Below, one piece after another: positions 1-11,004 of a stretch of DNA of 64,000 nucleotides (position 1 is the first letter of the stretch; every line of letters starts with the position of its first letter). The notes under the pieces are model-generated. The model had not been told where the DNA came from. It saw only the letters and a list, made by a program, of their open reading frames with translations, and did no database searches. The translations under genes were made by a program, and so were the position numbers. The DNA comes from the human T2T-CHM13v2.0 reference genome, Homo sapiens, in the NCBI RefSeq assembly GCF_009914755.1, contig NC_060934.1; one strand, given 5' to 3'.

Positions 1-129
1 TGTACCCAGACCATCTTGGACACATATTCTCAGGATCTCCTGAGGGCTGTGTCAAGGGCCATGGTCACTCATATTTGGCTCAAAATAAATCTCCAGATAT
101 TTTACAGAGTTTTACTCTTTTCATCAACA
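1..129 (+). mobile_element. MER4-group ERV1 LTR, 3' end (cut by window edge)
   Basis: ggccatggtcactcatatttggctcaaaataaatctc...ttttacagagttttactcttttcatcaaca matches the recalled MER4-family LTR terminus (AATAAA, terminal CA). Confidence 0.8.
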
Positions 130-252
130 GAATGAACACTTTTTGCCCTTGATTTTTCTGTATCTTTGTGAAAAAAATTGACTTTGGAAATGCTATCACT
201 AACCCCAAGTGAATCAGAACACACTGAGGGGAAACAGTTTTTAAAATATGGC

Positions 253-423
253 TGTTATGGATGGAATGTTTGTGTCCCCCACAGATTCATATATTGGAGC
301 CTCAACTCTCCATGTGATGGTATTTGGAGATGGGACCTGTGGGAGGTGATTGGGGTTAGATGTGGCCACAACGGTGGGGTCCTCATGACAAGATTATTGT
401 CCTTATAAGAGACATGAGAGCTT

Positions 424-471
<48 letters not shown>

Positions 472-697
472 CCCCCCCCCCCACCTCCATCTCTCTCCCC
501 CTCTCCCTCTGTCTCTCTGCCAGGTGAAGACATAGCAAGAAGGCAGCCATCTGCAAGCCAGGAACAGAGCTCTTCCCAACACTGCTGGCACCCTGAGCTT
601 GGACTTCCAGCCCCCAAAACTGTAAGATGATAAATGTCTATTGTATAAGCCACAAGTCTATGGTATTTCATTACAGAAGCCCGAGCTGACTAAGGCA
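253..697 (+). mobile_element. MLT1A0-like MaLR solo LTR
   Basis: Starts tgttatggatggaatgtttgtgtcccc, ends gagctgactaaggca; flanks atggc/agggc resemble a 5-bp TSD. Confidence 0.9.
425..482. repeat. (CT)n microsatellite followed by a poly-C run, inside the MLT1 LTR
   Basis: Directly visible. Confidence 0.95.
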
Positions 698-1696
698 AGG
701 GCTCTACAAAAGAAAGCTATTTTTGAATTCAGGGAGCCCAAAAACCATAATCACCAATTATTTTTGCTTGAAATTAGATAAAGCAAAAGTGACTTCATGA
801 GAGAGTAAAAGGGGACAGAGAGGAAGAAGAAAGAATATGGAAGGAAAAACAAAGTCTGTGGAAAATTTTTCTTTGAAGCATTCAGCTTGGATGCTGAATG
901 CCAACCTTTAGTCCAGGTTGGATTTTTAGAGCCAAATTAGATACTCCTAAAATATTTCTGTGTAATTGAAACATTTTCATAAATGCCTGAATGAATGGCA
1001 TGGCTATAATAAGCATCTTTTCTGGGCTAGATTACACCATCATACCAAGTTAGAGTCCTAATTATCAGGTTTTCTTGGGAACAACTGGCTGAGCACGCTT
1101 GTACTAAAATATATTTAATTTGGTTTTATATAGCACCTTTTAGTTCACACTGTGCCTTATTTCAAACTGCTTTAATGAGTAATGAATTAGATACTTGCAG
1201 GGCAGTGACTCCAAATGAATGGAGGAGATACTACAGGCTCAGCAACAGCTCAACTTGGAAAACCAGGGCCTGCGTGGAAGCTTAGCTCCTATTCTCTGCA
1301 GGAAGGGCCATGCTGCCATGCCTTCCCACACAACCTCACAATGCACAAAGTGGCTGACGCTGGGGAGCCTAGGGGAGCAGCACGGGGATCGTGGCATGCT
1401 CTGTGGTGGGGCAGGTGCTAGGGAGACATGAGGCTGTGTGCAGCTGGCAGGCAGAGTGGGTACCTGGAGAGGACAGAGCTGCCCGCAGCCGTATCTCAGT
1501 CAGCAGACAGCAGCAGGGAGCCAGCCATCTGCCATTGTGTGTCCCCAGCAGTGGGCTTGTTGAGCATGACATTAGGGAATTTGATTAGAAACAATTTTAG
1601 AAAATCCAGGCAAGCAGGGACTAGGACTCAGAGTCCTGTCCCCAAGCTCAGGTAGGTCCCTAGAAGTCCCTCAGAGCCTGAATTTCTGTATGTTTA

Positions 1697-1817
1697 AGGT
1701 GATCATTTGTCCCAGTTTGCAAGTTGCAGAGGGGTTCCCTGGGACATGTGCCATCCTGCAGAATATTCAGTGCTAAGCTGGGAAAGTCCTGGGCAAACAG
1801 GGACCAGTTGGCCACTC
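1697..1817. mobile_element. MER81-like hAT-Blackjack MITE
   Basis: gtcccagtttgc...ttcagtgctaagctgggaaagtcctgggcaaacagggaccagttggccac, with palindromic ends. Confidence 0.7.
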
Positions 1818-1827
1818 CACCAATATC

Positions 1828-1995
1828 CAGAGTGGTATTCCTCAAAGGCTGATGCGCAGACCATCTGCATCTGCTCATTAAAAACCCAGACACCTGTGCC
1901 TTCACCTGAGACCTACTGATTCCTAATTGCATGGGTGAAGAATCCAATAGAGTGCATTTAACCAGTGCTTTGGTTGACTCATATATGCAAACTAC
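1828..1995. mobile_element. MER5-like hAT-Charlie relic
   Basis: gaccatctgcatc...cagacacctgtgccttcacctgagacctactgattc...tgcatttaaccag. Confidence 0.55.
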
Positions 1996-2504
1996 TTCTT
2001 AGCACCATTTTCCTAGAGGAGCTAAAAGAAGCAGCAAGCATTTTATCAAGAAGGTAATGCTGAATTTTCCCTGAGTAGAGGCAGATTCCCAGGCCAGACA
2101 GAGCTGAACCCTCTCAATGGGGTCAATTGGTCCCAACCAGCAAGGACAGGAGGGCTGGAGGGTTGGAGAACTGGGCCTATCCTGATTCCGTATGATGCTT
2201 AAGTAGGCCAGATATCACACTGTTTCTTCCTCAAGAGTGGATAGGGCAAAGCTACCCTAAGACAAAGCACATGGGCAATTCTTCTCTATTTCCAGCATCT
2301 TGCAAAGCCTTTGGAAAGTGAGGGTGAGCTCTGCAAAGGAGGAGGGATGGAGCCCAGTGCATCCTGTGCAGATGACCTCCCGGGGATGAGAAGTTCCATC
2401 AGGGAATGACCACTTGGAAAGAATGAAACTAACTTTTGCTGATTTCTGCCTTGGTGAGAAACTGTCATCTTTATCATGATCAAAACTTGCTACTACCACT
2501 CAAC

Positions 2505-2635
2505 TAGGTAGATAATACTGGGTCCATTATTAAGATATGACAACTGAAGCTAGGAAAAGTGACTTGCCCAAGGTCACATGTCAAATAATAAATAAAGCCA
2601 AGAATAGCAGACTCCACAGCCCAGGTCTTTCCTAG
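2505..2635 (-). mobile_element. MIR SINE fragment
   Basis: aactgaagct...aagtgacttgcccaaggtcaca core. Confidence 0.7.
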
Positions 2636-2819
2636 TGTACCCCCCCACCCCCCACCATCCTTTAAATCTTACAGTTCTAAGGCTCCTGTTTGCAAAACCT
2701 CATGGGAAAGATACTGCCTTCAGACTTATGTCAATGTTTGTCCAACTTGTCACAGGTTCAGCTGCTTGCAAAGGGTCTAAATCCCCTCTGTTCACATCCC
2801 ACCATCACACTACCTGGTT

Positions 2820-3018
2820 TTCATCTCAGCTCCACTCTTCCCAACTGTGTGACCTTGAGAAAATTACATGACCTTTCTGGGCTTCACTTTCTTATCTATT
2901 ATGGAGTATAGTAATAGTGATTTCCTCCCTATTTAAAAATAATACCATGTTAAAAGTAACATAAAATAAGAATGGGGCCTATCACATACTAAATGCTCAA
3001 CAAGTGTAAGCTATTAGT
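2820..3018 (+). mobile_element. MIR SINE
   Basis: ctgtgtgaccttgagaaaattac...atgctcaacaagtgtaagctatta. Confidence 0.7.
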
Positions 3019-3414
3019 CTATCTTTATGATAAAGCATGTATGTGAAATGGCTACTGGGTTTACAATATTACGATTTGGACATAGATAACCATAAGATCC
3101 AGAAAGGAGGAATGCTCATCTGTTTTGTTGTCTGCCTGAGGTTTGTTTTCACTGCAATGTTCATGAAATTATATTCAATGGCTTGAGGCACATACCATGT
3201 GTGAAAAGGTCTAGCTGAGAACACAATAATAAAACTAATTCTCTAGCCTCCAAAATCTCTCACAAGGTGGAGCAGTAGCCAGGTCCAACTGAGTAATAAG
3301 AGAAACCATACAGCAAAAGCCTGCTGTGTGCCAAGCACCTTGTGTCAATTACCTGTTTCACTGTTTACAACAATCTCACCAATTATATTCACCCATTATA
3401 TGTTATTATATATT

Positions 3415-4135
3415 ATATGTCAGGCACTGTACTAGATGCTGGGAATATAGGAATGAATAGGAAAGACCTGCCTCCTGTCCCTTATTGAGCTTCCACTCTA
3501 CTGCGGAAGGTAGATGTTACACTATCTATAGATATTAGTATTAAAGTTCCTTGATAAATGAAGAATAACTTAGCAGGCTTAAAGATATTAAATGACATTC
3601 AAGTGACATGGCCAGAATGTGATGGCATCTGAATTCAAGCTTTGGTCAGCTGAGTTTCAAGGCTTGTACACTTTCCCCCATCCCAGTGTTTATAGCCTAC
3701 CAGACCAACTAGAAGAAAGGTCAAATGACAGAAAACAATATATAAGAGTATAGAGAAACTACTATTGAAAACCCTGAGGAGTAAGTGACTAAATATGAGT
3801 TCAATAGCCTGAAAAGATTTTAGAGATAATAACTTTTATTTTGAACATGAAAATAATTCTGATATCCACAGAGGCGAGAAGGGTATTCCAAGAAGGAGGA
3901 ATAGCATGTGCAAAATAGTGCAGGTCAGAAAGGGGGTGCTGAGCCATGAGGCAACAGTAGGTCCCCTGAGCCTGGAATGTCCCTGTGGGGGAATGGGGAG
4001 ACCAAGTGAGAGCCTGGGACAAAGCTGAAGGCACAAGCCAGGGAAACTTGGCAAGAGCCTCAGACACTGTCATGAAGAATGTGAATTTGATTGTCAGGAC
4101 AATAGGGAACCTTTGGAGTCTGAGCACGAAAGTGG
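3415..4135 (-). mobile_element. L2 fragments, with an intervening MIR-like piece
   Basis: caggcactgtactagatgctggg...; gaggaatagcatgtgcaaa...aagaatgtgaatttgattg...gggaacctttggag. Confidence 0.6.
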
Positions 4136-4434
4136 CAGGAGAAGCAGGTGGAACAAGGCAGTGAGCATCGTCCTCTCCTCATGCTTCCTTCATTTCTGGT
4201 GTGAACTTGGGAGAAACTCTCACCAAACTGCCCCCCCACCCAGTTACCCCTGCTCCCACAGGGGAGAACCCACTGGTACTAGCCCATGAGTTCTTGCCAG
4301 TCTTTCCAGCCCTTGCTAAAAGGCAGCCATTTAGGAAGTTATTTTTCTTAAGCTCCCATCTATGACATCATATCAGACACCCCCATCTACTCAAGGCAGG
4401 CAAACATAAGTGAATCTCATTCTTTCTCAATGAT

Positions 4435-6171
4435 ATGCACCCACCAAGCCATAAAGTTGAGCATGCAAGTCACCACCCTTCACTTGGGACACAAATATCT
4501 GTACATTTTTGCCAGGGTGATCAAGATTTCAATAATGAAAAAGATAAGATGACCCATTCTCTGGAGAAGAGTCAGCCTCTTTCTCCAGCCACCTCGTTAT
4601 CACTGAATGGGCTCATGAGAAAAGTGTTCATGGCGGCAGGGATGGAAGCTATGCATGGGTTCAGCAACATGGACTCCCCATGCACTAAGACTGACCTGGC
4701 TAGGACTACTACTGAGTGCCCAATCCAGCAGCAGCAGAGACCAACACTGAGCCCCTGATATGGCATCACTCCCCAGAGTGATAAGCCAGTTACCTGGTGG
4801 CAGGTTGATTACGTTGGACTGCTTCCCTTATGAAAGAGACAGCATTTTGTTATTACTGAGTACTTAATCTAGATACAGATTTGTCTTCCTTCTGCACAAT
4901 GCTTTCGTCAAAACTATCCATGGACTTCAAGGCTCTATTATACATGTCATGGTATTCCACACAGCTTTACTTCCAATAAAGAACTCACTTCACAGGTAAT
5001 GAAATGCAGCCATGGGCCCATGTTCATGGAAGTTACTGGTCTTACCCTGTTTCCCACCATCCTGAGGCAACCAGTTTGATAGAACGGTATAGTGGTCTTT
5101 TGAAGTCACAGTTGCACCATCAGCTAGGTGACAATACCTTGCAGTGCTGGGGCAAGGTTCTCTGGGAGGCAAGGTTCTCTGTATATTTTCTGAATTAGTG
5201 CCCAATATATGAGGCTGTTTCTCCCATTTTCAAAACTCACAGGTGGAAATGGGAGTGGCACCATTCATTATTACCCCTAGTAAACCACTAGCAAAATTTT
5301 TTTCTTCCTGTGCTGATGGACTTGTGTTCTGAAGGCCTAGAGGTTTTAGTTCTAGTGGAAGGAGTGGTTCCACCAAGGGACATAATGATTCCATTGAACT
5401 GGAAGTTAAGACTGCAACCTGGACACTTTGGGCTCCTCATAACTCTAAATCAACAGGCAAAGAAGGGATTTACTGTGCTGGCTGGGTGATTGCTCTGGAT
5501 TACAAAGGGGAAGTTAGACTGCTATTCCACAACGGAGATAAGGAAGAGTATGTCTGGAATACTGGAGATCGTCCAAGGTGTCTCTTAGTATGATCATGCC
5601 TTATGATTAAAGTCAATGGAAAACTACAGCAACTGAATGCAGGCAGGACTCATAGCCCAGACTCTTCAGGAATTAAGGTTTGGGTCACCCCACCAGGAAA
5701 AGATTCATAACCAGCTGAGGTGCTTGCTGAGGACAGAGGAAATTCAGAATGGGCACTGGAAAAAGGTGGTTACAAATACCAGCTACAATCACATGACCAG
5801 TTACAGAAATAAAGACTGTAATTACCATGAATATTTCTTCTTTATTTTCTTAAGAATATGTGTGTGTGTCTTTTTTTCTCCCCTCTCTTATCCCTTTATT
5901 GTGTAACATAAGATGCATTGGCTTTATATCATAATATTTAAATATTGTTGAAATTACCTCACAATATTTAAGTTAGAAGATATCAGGAGAAAGGTAAACA
6001 TCACTCAAGGATTTCACCTCCTCTTCGGGAGAAGAGGTTAGTGCATTTTCAGCTGTACACAGGATAGTTGTATCATGTTAGGCAGAATTATGACCTTGTC
6101 ATTGACTTTATTTAGAGATTAAGTATGGTTTGAGGACACGTGTATATGTGTCAAGTTGACAGAGGTACACC
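4435..6171 (+). mobile_element. ERVL internal region (ERVL-B4/ERVL-E-like): decayed pol 3' end, integrase and dUTPase
   Basis: Translated fragments HPPSHKV, TKTDLARTTTECPIQQQQRPTLSP, WWQVDYVG, HHPEATSLIERYSGLLKSQL (integrase) and IPLNWKLRLQPGHFGLL (dUTPase); stops and frameshifts throughout. Confidence 0.92.
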
Positions 6172-6670
6172 TCTGATGATTAATGTTGTCAACTTGATTG
6201 GGCTATGGGGTACCCAGATTCTTGATCAAACATTATTCTGGGTGTTTCTGTGAGGGTGCTTTTGATCAAATTGAAGTTTTAATTGGTAAATGGGTAAAGT
6301 AGATTGGTCTCTCTAATGTGGTGGGCCTCGACTAATCAGTTGAGGGCCTGAATAGATAAAAAAGGCTGACCCTCCCCCAAGTAAGAGAGAATTCTTCCTG
6401 GCTAGATGGTCTTCAAAGTGGAACAATAGTTTTTTCCTGCCTTTGCGCTCTAACTAAAACGTCAGGGCTTCCGGGTCTCAGGCCCACCAGCCTTCAGACT
6501 AGAACTACACTGTTGGCGCTCCAGGTTCTCAGGATTTCAGACTCAGACTGGAACTAAACTGCTGGCTCTGCTGGGTCTTCAGCTTGACAGCTCACTCTGC
6601 AGATCAAAGGACTTGCCAGACTCCATGATGGTATGAACCAATTCCTTATGATAAACCTCTTTCTGTGTGT

Positions 6671-6704
<34 letters not shown>

Positions 6705-6762
6705 CCTATTGGTTCTGTCTCTCTGGAGAACATTGACTAATGTTCTAACATTGACTAATACA
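6172..6762 (+). mobile_element. MLT2B(4)-like 3' LTR of the ERVL
   Basis: gatgattaatgttgtcaacttgattggg...cctcccccaagtaagagagaattc...(CA)n...cctattggttctgtctctctggagaac...gactaataca. Confidence 0.9.
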
Positions 6763-6769
6763 TTTACTA

Positions 6770-6890
6770 AATGTAAGAAAGTAGGGTTTGTCTTTTTTGC
6801 TTACTACTTTACCACCAGTACCTAAAGCAGTGCTTGGTTGGGGCTGTGCTCAGATGTTTGTTAAGGGAGTAAAAAAATCAATGAATTTGT
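6770..6890 (+). mobile_element. L2 3' tail
   Basis: cagtacctaaagcagtgcttgg...gctcagatgtttgttaa...aatgaat. Confidence 0.6.
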
Positions 6891-7749
6891 TTTATGAAAT
6901 GGAGCATACTTTCAGCAGTTTCACTACACAAAACAAATGTTAAATTAAATGAATAAAAACTCAAACACTAGGACCTTTATCGGTTCTTTACACCTTTGCC
7001 AGGTAACACAATTGTAGCTTTTTAACACAATTGTAGCTTTTTAATTCCTCACCCATCACCTGGGAACCTGAATTAAGTTGCCACTGTTTATATCCAGGTT
7101 TAAAATGGGGTTAAGATAAATAGCTTCTATACTCACTAATGAATCACCGTTAAAATGACAGAATGAAAAACAAAACACTACAAACAATTTTTTTTTAAAC
7201 CAGAACTCCTCTATAACCCCACATCCCCACATCTGAAGGACTTCCCAGTGCAGTGAAGAGCCGAGTAAGGAATACGGAACAATCCCTGGACAAAACACTA
7301 CTGGCTGTGGCCACAGAGCTCAGAGAAGACTTTCAAGCCCCAGTTTTTTTCTGAGTAGGCAATTCACCATGGGAGACAAAATCTGACATCCCTAGTTTGG
7401 AATCAAAAGAGTCGAGCCTGCCAGCTTGTAATAGAATTCTCCCCGTATTCTGTATAATACTATGGAGAAGGAGAAGAGAGGTGGATGAATGAGGAGACAT
7501 GTCAGTGGCCATATTTGCAGGAAGCTGTTGGTTGGAGAGGCAGAGTCGGGGAGATCCTGTTAGAAGCAGGCTTGCAGTTGTTGCTTTCTTTGGTTGGAAA
7601 GAGGTAATTGCCAAAAAGATTTATCATCTTAAGGAAATCTGCTGATAATAAAGGAGAAGTCTGTCTGCCAGGATGCTGCCCTGGTCCTTACCAACATTAA
7701 ACTTCTTTAAAAGGCTGGCCCATGAATAGTTCACCTCCTTCCAAGATGA

Positions 7750-9040
7750 GTAATAATTTTTAAAAATGGATAAGCAAATAAGCACAGAATATATTTAAAT
7801 TGCTACTTGAAAAGGAATAAAATGAACAGGAAAACAAATGGTAAGTAAAGAACACTGACTAGAAAGAAGTTTCTGTGGAGCAGATGAAAATTGGTACCAA
7901 ACATGCCGCACTAATTTTTTAAAAATTTAATGAGATAATCACTTATTTAATGTAAAATCTCAAAGTGGAGCTACAGGAGTTTAAAAAATACATTGACTGC
8001 CAACAGTAGGAGAAGAAATAAGAGGAAAACTAGGAGTGGGTGAAAAAATAAAACCATCACAGAAATGAAGACCACCTTGACCAAACCGCAGTCAGGAATG
8101 TGCATTTCTGGCAACACAGGAAGAGACATGGAGGACAGGACTGAGGAACGGAGCAAAGAAAGTGGAAATAAGGAAACGTGGGCCAAAAAGTAGAGGGAAA
8201 AATAATGCATAGATAAGACAGAAATAAGATAGGCAACAAACACATAAATGGTATCCCTGAAGCAGAGCACTGAAAAACTGAAACAGAAAAGGAAAACAAA
8301 CCTTTGAGATATAATTTAAGAAAACTTTTCAGAAATAAAAGTCAACTTGAATCTATGGATTGAAAGCATATGCTATGGACCAAGAAAAATGATATGAGCA
8401 ATCAATACTGAGTCACATGCTAGTGAAGCTGTTGATCCTCCAAAAGAAGAAAGAATCCTTTGGGGACATAGAGGATTAATCAGCTCTAAGTGCCGGGTAG
8501 TGCAAGAACACAATGAACGGCCACCTGAAACCCCTGGGAGAGAGGGTAGTAGCCCAAGAATTTTGTACCTGGCCAAACAATAATCCAACTATTAAAGGAA
8601 ACAAATGTGCCAGAACTCAATAAATATAATACCTATAAGCCCTTCTTATAGAAACAACTAGAGGGCACATCTCAGCCTAGCCCAAAGTAAATGGAACAAC
8701 CATCAGCCAAGGACTCTTCATGAGCATCAGACCCACTTATCAGGAGCATTAAACTGTGACAACACTGGGAATTTTGATAAAAGAAAAAAATACAAATATG
8801 TATAGGTATATGTATTTTCTAACTGTACATATGTACATGTATGTCTAATTCTACATTATATAAAAAACAGCTTCAACAGTTGGGTAGTGATGAGGAAGAG
8901 TGGATTTAGAAATACTGTAAGTTCCCAATTTTTCTCATCTTTACATAAGGAGAACAAAGATGTAAATTTTAAAGATGATAAATCAAGTAATACATGTAAA
9001 AGCATATATAAATGTACAAATGCAATAAACACCAGGAAAA
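7750..9040 (+). mobile_element. HAL1 / old L1 ORF1-like element
   Basis: ttgaatctatggattgaaagc...gctagtgaagctgttg...aaagaatcct...cccaagaattttgtacctggccaa resemble the HAL1/L1 ORF1 consensus. Confidence 0.7.
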
Positions 9041-9470
9041 TAATATAATTTATATTTATAATCTAATATAAATACATTATAATAAATGTATAATTTCTAT
9101 TATCATTTATAATAGAAATTATGTTATATGTTATGTATGTTACATATAATTTATATTATATATATCATATTATATAATTTATTGTATATAAATTATATAT
9201 AAATGTCATGTATATATTATTATATATAAATTTTATATAATAAATTATATGTCATTTATATATTATATAAATTTTATAATATATTATAATACATAAATTA
9301 TATATAACTACATATTATATAGTATTATATGTTATAACATATATATTATTGTATATTATAAATTATAACAAATTTATATAGAATATAATTCTATATAGAT
9401 TATACTATTAATAATTATACTATTAATATAATAATATTTATATAAAATTATAATATAATTTATATATCAT
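9040..9470. repeat. ~430-bp degenerate (TA)n low-complexity tract
   Basis: Almost entirely A/T. Confidence 0.95.
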
Positions 9471-9944
9471 GTAACTTTGGCTGGGCTTAGATGTGCCCAG
9501 TTGTTTCTATAAGGATTTATATTTATCTTATTTTTTGAGTTCTTGCATGTTTGTTTCCTTTAATACTTGATCTATTGTTTGGCCAGGTACAGTAATAATG
9601 ATATAAAACTGGGTGGTGAGCAGGTGGCAGAGTATAGATGTATACTAGTCATGTCATTGCTTTAATTATTTATAAAAAATATTTAACATTTTTACAAAAC
9701 AATGAAATAACCCAAATTGAAAAATAGGGAGCAGAGGGAATCCACTTCCCAGGGTTTGGCACCAGCTTTTCACTTTATTCTGTGCCTGAGCCAGTTTTCT
9801 TGTGCTGAGGCCACCAGCAGCAACACAGGTTTCTAATGGTGGATCGGTGGTGGCACACTCACTAACATAGGCAACGGCTTTAACATATGACACAGTTACA
9901 TGCAAAGCTAAATTGCATTAGGTCAGACCGTAAACTACATAAGC

Positions 9945-10110
9945 CACATTATGTCATTCAGTCCTCACTATAACACTGTGAAGCAGATATTGTTTTATGT
10001 CCCATTGCTGAGAAAAGGAAAACTTTGGAAGATTACTAGGCACACACAGAAAATTGCGAAGCTGGGACTTGAACTTGAGTCTCACTAGCTGCAAAGTGTG
10101 TGCTCTCAAA
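9945..10110 (-). mobile_element. MIR
   Basis: tcattcagtcctcactataacactgtgaagcagatatt...gctgggacttgaac. Confidence 0.7.
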
Positions 10111-10513
10111 CTGAAGGAGACCTTACTTTAAACAGGAATTGAGTTTTTTATGATGCCCAAAGAATATTTGCATATTACTGACATCAAATTACAAAAGGAG
10201 ATCATTATTAACCTAGCTTCTCAGTCTGGAATGTCCCTTCCCCTCAGGCTTTGTCAATTTAAATGTTTCTCATTCAAGGCATGACTCACACATCACATCC
10301 TCCCCACCCCAGGAATTGCTGAGGTTGGCTTCCCCTGAGCTGCCACAGTTCAGCAACCACGTGTAACAGGGCTGTCATTCGGCCATCTAATGTCATTTAG
10401 GCACCAGGCACTGTGCCTTGTCCAAATAAATGGTAATTGACAATTCAGAAATGATATTAAATTTCAACATTAGCTTTACAAATTGACACTTTTATCGTCT
10501 TTGGACCACTTTA

Positions 10514-11004
<491 letters not shown>

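Noticed and set aside
255-671. 138-aa ORF with ER/G repeats
   Set aside because: Antisense reading of the MLT1 LTR and its (CT)n/poly-C tract
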